From Eledone cirrhosa (lineage: Eukaryota): 64,000 nt of DNA. Numbering within the stretch: the stretch's first letter is position 1; each line of letters starts with the position of its first letter. Both the position numbers and the translations under genes were made by a program. Below the pieces are notes generated by a model. The model saw only the letters and a list, made by a program, of their open reading frames with translations. It was not told where the DNA came from and searched no databases. The DNA lies in the NCBI GenBank assembly GCA_964016885.1, contig OZ024749.1, positions 54,002,001 to 54,066,000 of the forward strand, in the 5' to 3' direction. This document shows positions 1 through 11,479 of the stretch, one piece after another.

Positions 1-540
1 TGCTGACAAATTTTTCCCAGTGAAAAATAGTTTAATTAGGAATAAGTATAAATTAGTAATAAGTATTAGTTAGTATTTAGTTTTAAGTTTTTACCGGTTG
101 CGCATTTCTAATGCTTTTCTAATGCTTTTCAACGCTGGTGATTTTTGCTCTAATCTGATTAGTTTTGGAAATTATTCCAGTTTTATGTGTAAAAAGTGGC
201 TCCAGAGGTATTAAGATTTGGTTGGTTGTTAGGTATACACTAACGCATACACTACCTCTTGCATTATCTGTGTTATCTGCCGAATGTATTTTAATTTTAA
301 TTTTGATTTTGAATTTGAATTGCTGTACAAAAATAGTATAGTATAATATATGCCACTCCACTGTACATCAATATATGTATCTGTATGTCTCTTGCATTGG
401 AAAGGAGGTCAATTATGTGTACAAACATTGAAAAATGCTCCGAAGACTCCAGGCCTAGGTTTGGATGAAACAATTGTTAGTGAATAAATGCTTTGAACAT
501 AGCTTTGATTCTTGTGAATTCTATATAACTGCTCTGTAGA
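1..540 (-). pseudogene. Possible highly decayed Penelope-like element reverse transcriptase fragment
   Basis: Minus-strand peptides in different frames occur in PLE RT order: LYRIHKN..TIVSS (cf. YxLPKIHK..RPIVSS), LTTNQILIPLEPLFTH (cf. LPxNxILVTxDVxSLYTNI), LNYFSLGKICQ (cf. NNYFxFNGKFYxQ). Many stops and frameshifts; by-eye similarity only. Confidence 0.3.
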
Positions 541-834
541 ACAACTGATGTTATTACATTGAGCTATTTATCTTACTGGTAATAAGGTAGTAATACATTA
601 CTGACCTTCACTGTTTAGGGTTTAAAATATATATAACTATAAAAAGTTTTAGTATATACATAACCATAAATAGTATCCCTAATATTATATATATATACAT
701 TTATTTTTTGTATCATACTAAATATATATATATGTGTGTGCGAGTGCGTATATAGTAGATATCCGTAGATGTGAAACAAAAAAAAAAAGGGGAGACAGTG
801 CTCAATTAGGGAAGAGAGCTGATATATAATATTT

Positions 835-1010
835 ATATATGTTCAAACATGGATCAAAAGCACTACCTAAGGTTTCAAGGCCTGATATTAACCATATCTC
901 CAGATTGATGTATAAATCACAAATTTAATCCCTCTTACAATCTGGAGATTTGATCAATATTGGGCCTTGAAACCTTAGATAGCACTTTTGATCCATGTAT
1001 GAACATATAT
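835..1010. repeat. Imperfect palindrome: about 73-bp inverted arms around a 30-bp spacer
   Basis: 835-907 (atatatgttcaaacatggatcaaaagc...ctccagattg) is the near reverse complement of 938-1010 (caatctggag...ttttgatccatgtatgaacatatat). Confidence 0.9.
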
Positions 1011-1055
1011 ATACATAAAACAAAGGAAGTGTGGTAAGAAATCAAGTGGACCATT

Positions 1056-1120
1056 GGGCCGTAACTCTATGCGTCAAAGCATGGCGTCCGACCCTCTACC
1101 GATACTGCCAATCCTCCGCC
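1056..1120 (-). mobile_element. SINE family A, head fragment
   Basis: gcatggcgtccgaccctctaccgatactgccaatcctccgcc is the reverse complement of the family A head seen complete at 36355-36545. Confidence 0.85.
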
Positions 1121-1499
1121 TTGAAATACGTATAATATTAAATATGATTATGGAACATCTGTGTTAATGTTTATTTCATATATAAATATATATATTTTTC
1201 AATCGAGCAACAAGATCCCAGACCTTATTTGCTTACCAATATATATATATTCAATTTATTAAGGCTAAATAGTGAGTCTTAGAGTCATCAGACAAGAACA
1301 TGACCAAATGAGGTTTATATTTCAACATAGTCCCTTGAAAATAACAATACAGTTATTATTAAGAAGAAGAGCTGAAATTAATACATGCAAGATTTCACAG
1401 CTCTAGCATCACTCTTGCATAGTCAACCTATGAACATTTTAACCCACCCTATTAGAATACAATGGAATTTCTAACATTCTACACAATCCCCCTACTATG

Positions 1500-1760
1500 A
1501 CAGTTTCTAGCTAGTCTATATATATTGCCTGTAATTTACAATTCTTCCTCTGCCTTTTCCCTCCATTTCTCCTGCAGCTCTGAGAACCAACTGTTTGGAA
1601 AGGAAAGCTGACATTTCCACAGCTAAAGTCGACCCTATTTTCCTTGCATTTACACTGCCAATTATTAGCCTAAAGAGATGAAGAGATGTCAATTTTGACT
1701 TGATTGGACCAGAATTTCTCTCCAGCTTGTGTCACAGATTATTTGAACTTCTGTTAACCT
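1500..1760 (-). pseudogene. Possible decayed RTE-like LINE C-terminal fragment
   Basis: Minus-strand KQLVL..GKGRGR..RQYID*LET weakly resembles the RTE C-terminal xRGRPxxTYIDQL motif. Confidence 0.25.
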
Positions 1761-1887
1761 TAGGAAAATAATGTATACGCACACCACACATGCATGCATA
1801 CACACGCACATGCACATACAAACATACATACACACACATGCACACACAAACATACACAGACACACACATATGCACATACATACATAA

Positions 1888-1918
<31 letters not shown>

Positions 1919-1947
1919 CAAATATATAAACACATACATACACACAC

Positions 1948-2000
<53 letters not shown>

Positions 2001-2207
2001 TACACTAAGTGTATTTTCAGGCTCTTTTATTTTTAGATCAAATAAATAATATATAAAAATAAAATTGCATTTGACTCTAATTTCTAAGAACTACACAAGA
2101 CACTGCAGCAGGGATTCTGTACTATTTGTTCTCATGTCAAAAGCCACAATTTCAGGTTTTCCTGGATATTTCCTTGCCATTTCTTCAGTGATCTGCCCTT
2201 TTTTCTT

Positions 2208-2460
2208 TGTGGTAAGGGTGATAAAACTGTTGGACTTACGATCATAATATCATGGGTTTGATTCCTGGACTGGGTTGTGTGTTGTGTTCTGGAGCAAAAC
2301 ACTTAATTTCATGTTGCTCCAGTATACTCAACTGAAAATGAGCACCAGTAATAACTGAGGGTTTAACCCTGTAATGGACTGGTGTCCTGCCCAGGGGAGA
2401 GTCTTCTATCAGGATAAGCACTGGCCTGATGAGCCTCTAGGCTTGAGACAGACTTTAGAT
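2208..2460 (+). mobile_element. tRNA-derived SINE with Meta/V-like central domain (family M)
   Basis: tRNA-like head with degenerate B box (gggtttgattcctgg), then gagcaaaacacttaatttc, ccctgtaatggactggtgtcctgcccagggg and 3' end ggcctgatgagcc...agacttt. A reverse-strand copy of the 3' end lies at 35562-35635. Confidence 0.75.
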
Positions 2461-2594
2461 TTAGATTTCTTCAGGGTCTCCCTTTCAGGTTTTCCTGGCT
2501 ATTGCCTTGCCATCTCTTCAGTGTTCTGCCTCTCAGATTTTCCTGGGGCCTTGGAACACTCTCTCCCATTGGCAAACATAATATTTATTTTTAT

Positions 2595-3123
2595 AGTACT
2601 TTTCAAGAATGTCTTGCTAATATGGTTTCATGTGGTTTCATAATTACAAATGTTTATTGTATCTTTACTAATGTACATATTATTGTGAACATTTGTAGTA
2701 TTAAAGTAAATACATTAATTTTTAATGAGATACAGTCATCGTGTTGTTTTGTACTTTTCAAGAATGTCTTGCTAATGTAGTTCCATGTGGTTTGTTAATT
2801 GTAAATGTTATGTATTTTTACTAATGGACAGATTGTGGTGAAAATTTGCAGTATTAAAGTAAAGACATTAATTTTTAATGTGATACAGTTTTTTGTACTT
2901 TTCAAGAATGTCTTACTAATGCAATTCATGTAGTACAGGACATTAAGAGTTAATGTGAAACAGTCTTAGTGTTGTTTTGTATTTTTCAAGAATGTCTTGT
3001 TAATGTGGTTTTAAGTGGTTCAGGACGTTAAGAGTTAATGCGATGCAGTCTTTCTGCTGTTTTGTATTTTTCAAGAATGTCTTTTCTAATGTGCTTTCAT
3101 GCGGTTCTGAATGTTAAGAATTA
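2595..3123. repeat. Degenerate tandem repeat, 5 copies of gtacttttcaagaatgtcttgctaatg, period about 83-155 bp
   Basis: Motif recurs near 2597, 2751, 2896, 2979 and 3064; later units end in ttaagagttaa. Confidence 0.8.
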
Positions 3124-3238
3124 ATGGTAAAATAGCAGTGGACTTTATTTGGTTATGCTGACATTGTAGTCGATTCTACCGAAGCTTCAATATATGATTT
3201 TCTTTGAATACTGACACACAGTTGACAGATAAACTTTC

Positions 3239-3287
<49 letters not shown>

Positions 3288-3819
3288 TTAAAAAAAGAAA
3301 ACCATTAACAAACTTCTATTGTAAGATAAACTACAACTAGTAACAACTTATTGAACTATCAGTTTTTCACATCTTATTGATTTTAACAGATGGCAGTTAC
3401 AGAAGAAGGAGGAAAGTATTTAGATGAGTATGGTTCCAAATTACAAAAGAAGGGAGTTGTAAATAATTTAGAAACTTTTCTCCAGTTATGTCTTGTGGGT
3501 TTAAACTAACAGTTACTGTCACTATATTATTGTATTCTTCCTTTTTAGCGCTGCTCAGGTTTTTTTTAGGCTTTTATTTTCTTATCTCGAAAAGAATTAA
3601 TTGTTTTTGTCTAAAACAATAACAAAAAGCTATGACAAGAACAATCAATGAAAGTATTTTCTCTTCAGTTTTTAATTCACATGAAGAAATTTAACCCATT
3701 CTGTTACCAAATTGCCTGAAACTACTCTCAGATCTACTATAGAAAATTGTCTATCTTAAAGTATGTATATATAAATATATATAAAAAAATACTTTCCATC
3801 AAAATTGTATGTAAGAGCA

Positions 3820-4392
3820 TCATCACCATCACCACCATAGCTATCACCATCACCATCATCATCATCACCACCATAGCTATCACCATCACCATCATCACCA
3901 TCACCACCATAGCTATCACCATCACCATCATCACCATCACCACCATAGCTATCACCATCACCATCATCACCACCATAGCTATCACCATCACCACCATCAC
4001 CACCATAGCTATCACCATCACCACCATCACCACCATAGCTATCACCATCACCATCATCACCACCACCATAGCTATCACCATCACCATCACCATAGCTATC
4101 ACCATCATCACCATCACCACCATAGCTATCACCATCACCATCATCACCACCACCACTATCACCATCACCATCATCACCACCATAGCTATCACCTTCACCA
4201 TCATCATCATCACCATCACCATAGCTATCACCATCACCATCATCATCATCACCATCACCACCATAGCTATCACCATCACCATAGCTATCACCATCATCAC
4301 CACCATAGCTATCACCATCACCATCATCATCATCACCATCACCACCATAGCTATCACCATCACCATCATCACCACCACCACTATCACCATCA
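3820..4392. repeat. Compound (ACC/ATC)n minisatellite punctuated by catagctat
   Basis: Directly visible; source of spurious ORFs 3737-4474. Confidence 0.95.
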
Positions 4393-4431
4393 CATATATA
4401 ATGCATTTGGTATATATGTGTGTGTGTGTAT

Positions 4432-5245
4432 ATCGGATAAGAGTATAGTTCACATAAGAGTATAGCATAATCAATTCCCGTTTATATATTTTCTATATAA
4501 TTTAGTCCGTATAAGAGTATAATGAATACGGTAAAGTAAATTGGGCTTATTATGTAACAACCATTTTAAAACAATTCAAAATGAAATGTGATGATGTCAT
4601 TTATACAACCATTCTAAAAGCAATTTAAAGTTTAATATATGCAAATACAAAAATAATAATTCATTGTGTCATTAAAATGTCTTTGAAATGCTCTGCTTTA
4701 CCCATTAGTCAAAAAATATCCATTACTCAAAGGTTAGTATGTATTATTTTTATATTTATAATATGAATGTGCATAGGTACCTAACATAACTTTAATCATT
4801 TATCAATATTTTAGATTTCTGGAAAAGAAGGAATACTTTGTTCACTGTACGGTCCTATATGATGCAATCGTTTGGAAATTTTGAAAATTATACTCCGTCT
4901 GAGATTGAAGGAATTGATTGAAAAAAAAATTGCGAGCAATCGAGTGCAAAAAAAACCATTTTGGACTATTTTTAGGAAATAAAAATTGTATACCAATATG
5001 TTGAAATATTGCTTAATTTATCTATAATTTGCAATAATTCTTGTTGAATTTTTTGGTGTAACTTTCATTTTTTTAAACTTATAAATGCATTTTAAATGAT
5101 AATAAAGTGATTTTTAATCATTGAAAGACTCAAAATAATAATACTATGGAATATTTTTACTTAGTCCTTAGTCCGGATAACAGTATAGTCCGGTTAAGAG
5201 TATACTATTTTCCATTCCCGATGGTATACTCTTAAGCGGACTCGA

Positions 5246-5248
<3 letters not shown>
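4432..5248 (-). mobile_element. Tigger/pogo-like (Tc1/mariner superfamily) non-autonomous DNA transposon
   Basis: Terminus tatactcttaagcggactcgactg followed by TA (5249-5250), i.e. a TA-CAGTCGA end on the minus strand. Subterminal cggataa(g/c)agtata repeats at both ends (4432-4520, 5170-5205); the other terminus is eroded. Confidence 0.6.
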
Positions 5249-5304
<56 letters not shown>

Positions 5305-5502
5305 CATATATATACATATATATATTATACATATATATATATATACATATATATATATTATACATATATATATATATACATATATATATATTATACATAT
5401 ATATATACATATATATATATTATACATATATATACATATATACATATATACATATATACATATATACATATATATACATATATATATATACATATATATA
5501 TA

Positions 5503-6262
5503 AATGTGGTTGGTGTTAGGAAGGGCATCCAACTGTAGAAAACCCGCCAGACAGTCCTATGCGAGCAAGACAACCACTCTTGCCTCAAGTAGGAAAACTC
5601 CCGTCCAAACCCATGCAAGCGTGGAACATGGACGTTAAACGATGATGATGATGATGATGATATATACATATCTATATATATACATATCTATATATATACA
5701 TATCTATATATATACATACATATGTATGTAAAGTGGACGTGTAGGCGCCACGAAAAAGCACCCAGCACTCACTGAAAATGAGGTTGGTGTTAGGAAGGGC
5801 ATCCAGCTGTAGAAATCAAACCAGATCAGTTCCTGTATGAGCAAGGCATGGTCAGCCGACCAGACACTGCACACAACAGGACAACCCGTCTAACCCATGC
5901 TAGCGTGGAAGAACGGACGTAAAACGGTGATGATGATGATGATGATGATATATATATATATACAAATATATATATATATATACAAATATATATATATATA
6001 CACATATATATATATATATATATATACAGGCCGAAACAAATGAGATCGTGTAGGTGTCACGACAAAAAAACACACAGTCCACGCTGTAATGTGGCCGTGT
6101 AGGCAACACGGTAAAAACCTCCCAGACCCACACTGTAAATGTGGTTGGTGTTAGGAAGGGCATCCAACTGTAGAAAACCTGCCAGACAGTCCTATGCGAG
6201 CAAGACAATCACTCTTGCCTCAAGTGGGACTACCCCCGTCCAAACCCATGCAAGAGTGGAAA
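5503..6262 (+). mobile_element. Three head-to-tail copies of SINE family B 3' part with (GAT)n tail
   Basis: gtggttggtgttaggaagggcatcca.ctgtagaaa...cccatgc..gcgtggaa..ggacgt.aaacgatgatg at about 5503-5660, 5733-5950 and 6026-6262; the last is truncated by the 312-bp element. Confidence 0.9.
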
Positions 6263-6491
6263 TAGCGATATATATGTGAAGACAAACATAGAATATTCGA
6301 AAATATATATATATTCAAAATGTTTATTATAAACATACAGAATATTTTCGAATATTCTATGTTTGTCTTCACATATATATCGCTATTTTAGAGCATTAAA
6401 TCCAAATTCTAATTTCTGCCGGACCGGCTACCGCTCTTTCAAACCAGTTCCTGTACACAGCTAAGTATTCTATAAGTCTCTAGCTGTGTCG

Positions 6492-6578
6492 TTCTCGATA
6501 AAAGCATTGGATATGTAATCCTGATGATTTCTAATAAGAATGAAACGCGTAGGTTACTTCCCTTGCTTTTATCGAGAA
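6492..6578 (+). ncRNA. Type I minimal hammerhead ribozyme, copy 1
   Basis: Stem I gtaatc(6515-20)/ggttac(6552-57); CTGATGA 6521-27; stem II ttct-aata-agaa; GAAA 6542-45; palindromic CGCG; GUA triplet with predicted cleavage after 6551; perfect 15-bp outer helix 6492-6506/6564-6578. Positions 10.1/11.1 are U-U (non-canonical). Confidence 0.8.
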
Positions 6579-6803
6579 TCTCAAATTGTAATACGTGACG
6601 TATTCTATTCTATAGCGATTGGGTCTTCAAAATGTTTATTATAAACATACAGAATATTTTCGAATATTCTATGTTTGTCTTCACATATATATCGCTATTT
6701 CAGAGCATTAAATCCAAATTCTAATTTCTGCCGGACCGGCTACCGCTCTTTCAAACCAGTTCCTGTACACAGCTAAGTATTCTATAAGTCTCTAGCTGTG
6801 TCG

Positions 6804-6890
6804 TTCTCGATAAAAGCATTGGATATGTAATCCTGATGATTTCTAATAAGAATGAAACGCGTAGGTTACTTCCCTTGCTTTTATCGAGAA
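6804..6890 (+). ncRNA. Type I minimal hammerhead ribozyme, copy 2
   Basis: Same sequence as copy 1 shifted by 312 bp (CTGATGA at 6833). Confidence 0.8.
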
Positions 6891-7026
6891 TCTCAAATTG
6901 TAATACGTGACGTATTCTATTCTATAGCGATTGGGTCTTCAAAATGTTTATTATAAACATACAGAATATTTTCGAATATTCTATGTTTGTCTTCACATAT
7001 ATATCGCTATTTCAGAGCATTAAATC

Positions 7027-7088
<62 letters not shown>

Positions 7089-7339
7089 TATTATACACAT
7101 GTATTATACACATGTATTATACACAGAACAGAAGCTTAGGAATATGACATCAAGAGACTAAAAGATGAGCCAAGAATGAAGACAGAATTAATGAAGACTA
7201 AATGAATGAAATACTATCCAAAACAACAACAACAACAACGATGAAACCATAAAAAATGTCCACTATGCAACTCTAGACAAGGACAGTATGAAGAAGCAAA
7301 CAAACAAAAACCTCCCTAATAAAATAAAATAAAATAAAA

Positions 7340-7882
7340 ACAACACACATATACAACACACTCACACCACACAAACACACCACACACACACACACCACAC
7401 CAGACACCACACACACCACACACACACACACCACATGCACACTCACCACACACACACACCACATGCACACGCACCACACTCACACACATACACACACCAC
7501 ACCACATACACACACGCCACACCACACACACACATACACCACACACACACATACACCACACACACACCACATGCACACTCACCACTCCCCCACACCACAC
7601 ACACCACACACACACTCACCACTCCCCCACATCACACCACACACACACCACATGCATACGCACCACACCACACTCACATACACACACGCACACACACACA
7701 TACACACACACATACACACACACACATACACCACACCACACCACACCACACACCACACCACACCACACCACACCACACCACACCACACCACACCACACAC
7801 CACACCACACCACACACCACACACCACACCACACCACACCACACCACACCACACCACACCACACCACACACCACACCACACC
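7340..7882. repeat. (CA)n / (CACAC)n simple repeat
   Basis: Directly visible. Confidence 0.95.
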
Positions 7883-7974
7883 TATTCTGGAAGCAGTGTA
7901 ATGGATTTCCTGGGGATTCTTAAAATTCAGGAAATTTTCAGATGCATTCTTCCCATAATGCCATTCTGTGGAGA

Positions 7975-8273
7975 TAGTGGAGAGGTAGTGGAGAGGTAGT
8001 GGGGAGGTAGTGGAGAGGTAGTGGAGAGGTAGTGGAGAGGTAGTGGGGAGGTAGTGGAGAGGTAGTGGAGAGGTAGTGGAGAGGTAGTGGAGAGGTAGTG
8101 GAGAGGTAGTGGAGAGGTAGTGGAGAGGTAGTGGGGAGGTAGTGGAGAGGTAGTGGAGAGGTAGTGGAGAGGTAGTGGAGAGGTAGTGGAGAGGTAGTGG
8201 AGAGGTAGTGGGGAGGTAGTGGAGAGGTAGTGGGGAGGTAGTGGAGAGGTAGTGGGGAGGTAGTGGAGAGGTA
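7975..8273. repeat. 11-bp G-rich minisatellite gtagtgg(a/g)gag, about 27 copies
   Basis: Directly visible. Confidence 0.95.
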
Positions 8274-8414
8274 GATGTGTGTTTAGCAGTAAAAAGGTCT
8301 GCAAGGCAACTAACTCTGTTAATGGAAGAAGAGAGCATTAAAGAGACAGAGAATGACTTTAGGGAACCAATTAGTCAATAACCTATCTCGTCGCTGCACA
8401 CCACCTTCTGTGTA

Positions 8415-8445
<31 letters not shown>

Positions 8446-8556
8446 CTATATATATATATATATATATATAGAGATATATATATATAGATATATCATCATC
8501 ATTATCAAAAACAAAATTTTGTTACTTTTTGCATGTGTTGGATCAGTCTATTCCAG

Positions 8557-8595
<39 letters not shown>

Positions 8596-8694
8596 TATAA
8601 TTAAATCAAACTGTATATATATATATATACACACACACAAAGGTCAGGAAGAGTGCAGATCAGTGTAGAACTCGATGTATAAGTTGAAGAGTAG

Positions 8695-8749
<55 letters not shown>

Positions 8750-8809
8750 TGTGCATCTGTGCGTGTGTGTGAGTGCGTGTGTGTGAGTGTATGTGTGTGT
8801 GTTTTACGC

Positions 8810-9450
8810 AAAATAGATTTTCTCAAGTGCTCAGAGCTCTCCCCAGAATCAGTTGCCAAGTAATGTTATTTCGGTGAATTAATTAACAGTAGAGATAAGA
8901 GTTCTCCAAGTACAGCAATGGCTTAAGCAAGAACCAAATTTGTAGCAAAAGGGTTTCTGTCTCAGAATGAAGGGCACATTCTATGATATTTGTGTATGAA
9001 ATGTAATGTTGCATGGCTATGAAATATGGACCTTAACATTTTAGCATTTAAACTGGCCATATTCGGCCAGAATTCTCTGACCTCTTTCTTTTCAAACTGG
9101 CCTTAACTGGTCACTCATACTGATGTTAAGGCATTGTTCTCAAAATAGATAACATCAAAATCTTGTAGATTCGATATTTTGTGAGATAAAGCCTTTACCA
9201 TGAAAATACAATAGTATTTATAGAGTAATGTAAATGGTAAAGGGTTAATACAATAGTATATATAGAGTAATGTAAATGGTAAAGGGTTAATACAATAGTA
9301 TATATAGAGTAATGTAAATGGTAAAGGGTTAATACAATAGTATATATAGAGTAATGTAAATGGTAAAGGGTTAAATGCAAAGAATTTGCAAAGACTGGAA
9401 AAAAAGCTAAAATGAAGAAATGCAGGCTCTGGTGGATGGGTGATGTTTAC
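8810..9450 (+). pseudogene. Decayed RTE-clade LINE RT fragment interrupted by a MITE
   Basis: KIDFLKCSELSPESVAK*CYFGE (cf. VDKFCYLGD) and SLRMKGTFYDICV*NVMLHGYEIWTL (cf. KGRLYDACVRxAMLHGSETW); continues after the MITE as NAKNLQRLEK. Confidence 0.7.
9033..9374 (+). mobile_element. piggyBac-like MITE (family C) with terminal 42 bp present four times
   Basis: TTAA at 9033 and 9371; TIR-like ttagcatttaa / taaatggtaaaggg; 42-bp unit at 9205, 9247, 9289 and 9331. Confidence 0.85.
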
Positions 9451-9498
9451 TTATGTATATTAACATCTAACTCATGCAAGCGTGGAAAATGGACATTA

Positions 9499-9763
9499 AA
9501 TGATGATGATGGTGATGATAGTGATGATAGTGTTGATGATAGTGTTGATGGTGGTGACGATGATGGTGATGATCGTGATAGTGGTGATGATGGTGATGAT
9601 GGTGGTGGTGATGATGATGGTGATGATCGTGATGGTGGTGATGATGATGGTGATTATGGTGATGATAAAGATGATGGTGATGGTGATGACGGTGGTGATG
9701 ATAAAGATAGTGATGCTACTGTTGATGGTGGTGATGCTGATGTTGATGGTGATGCTGATGATG
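9499..9763. repeat. (GAT/GGT)n expansion from a family B SINE tail
   Basis: Follows catgcaagcgtggaaaatggacattaaatgatgatg. Confidence 0.85.
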
Positions 9764-9920
9764 AACAAGGAAGTACAAATGAACTATATATATCCGAGGA
9801 ATCAGATGTAGTTTTCTAGAGAGAAGGAGACTGCCAGACTGCCAGACTGCGATGACCAGATGATGAGTATGAAGGATGACAGTTGTAAAAGATGTGCAGC
9901 AGATACAAAGTGGTGACTAA
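9764..9920 (+). pseudogene. Decayed RTE LINE C-terminal fragment
   Basis: RGIRCSFLERR..MMSMKDDSCKRC resembles the fragment at 18255-18350. Confidence 0.5.
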
Positions 9921-10744
9921 ACAAGAATACGATGAAACACATGAATATGATGTTTGTCCCCTGAATATTGTCAGATTTGTGTCATTCCAGATTATGAGTC
10001 ATGATGGCTCTACAGGTCCATAAGGGGTTTTATAGATTTATTTACTAGGGTTTCAGATGGGGCTAAACAGAAACAATATACTTTTAACACAGACAGATAT
10101 CATTAACATGCATACACACACACACACAGTAAAGAGCCTCCACATACACATACACACACTGTAAAAGTCCCTGAACAGACATACACACACACATAAACAT
10201 ATAAACACACACACACACACATTACACACAGACATACACATATAAACACACACACAGACACACAGACACATATACACACACATCCACACACAAACACATA
10301 AACACACATAGACATACACACACATACACACACCCATATAAAATTACTCACAGACACACAGACATACACACACACAGACATATACACACACACAAACACA
10401 AACATACACACACACACAGACACATATATACACACAAATACATAGCATTAAACAGACACACAGACATACATACAGACAACCCTAAATAATATTTTACAAG
10501 GAAGTAATGAGAAAGTTCAAAGTTGATGAGTTGAAATTTAGTTGACAGCCAATAAATCATTTTCTGGATCTTGAGGGGTTATTGATAATTATAACTGTTC
10601 AATATTATATTTGACAGTATAGTGTTCCAAATAAATGATGGATGTTCAATATTATTGAAAATTGAATTGTTATAACACAGATATATATCTGTATAGAAGC
10701 AGTATTAATATATTATTGTACATATGATAGATTTATAGCCACAA

Positions 10745-10793
<49 letters not shown>

Positions 10794-10862
10794 GTAATAA
10801 TAATAAATTTGAAGACTAAAATCCAAAGAGGGCTCGATAGGATAAATATATATCATATATAT

Positions 10863-10942
<80 letters not shown>

Positions 10943-11479
10943 GGTATATATATAAAAAGTAAAATGAAATAACAAAGCAAATGACAATATATTCAAGAAA
11001 TATATTAGTTTAATATATATATATATATATATAGGTGGTGTATATATATACATACATACACACACAAATATATATAAACCTTGTATTATTGATTTTTCCA
11101 GTTAGACATACTGGCTGTTTCATTGATAGTGTTGTGTGATAATGTGTGTGTGTATGTGTAGGTGTGTAATATGTGTGTGTGACAATAGTGTGTATATATG
11201 TGTATGTGTGTAATAAGGTGTATGTGTGTATGTGTCTCTCTCTATGTGTATGGAGAAATGTAGATATTTGGTAGGGTTTCATTGTGAATCTCCTTCGAAG
11301 AAGACCTTTTTGTGTCTCCACATACTTAGTCAGGTGATCTTTCCCCTGTCAAAAGGGTCGTAACTAAATACCACAAACCATTATTTCTGACACTCTAATG
11401 ATTGTGTCATTTGTGGAGAAGAAAGTTGATTATATCGACACAGAGAGAAGACATTGCCCTCATCTAGTAATAATAATAA

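Larger units (their letters stand above)
6260..7030 (+). mobile_element. Hammerhead-bearing tandem element (312-bp monomer x2.3) with inverted 5' fragment; retrozyme / non-autonomous Penelope-like candidate
   Basis: Units start at 6314, 6626 and 6938 (period 312) and are near-identical. 6260-6306 is the reverse complement of 6342-6388. The element ends in a (TA)n tract. Confidence 0.8.

Noticed and set aside
2420-2456. CTGATGA plus gcc/ggc hairpin as a hammerhead, also minus strand 35562-35596
   Set aside because: Followed by ttgaga or gagg instead of GAAA, with no stem I or stem III pairing; it is the family M SINE 3' hairpin.
3737-4474. Long ORFs on both strands (poly-IT, GD-rich, MV-rich)
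   Set aside because: Products of an ACC/ATC trinucleotide minisatellite; several frames are open at once and there is no unique domain.
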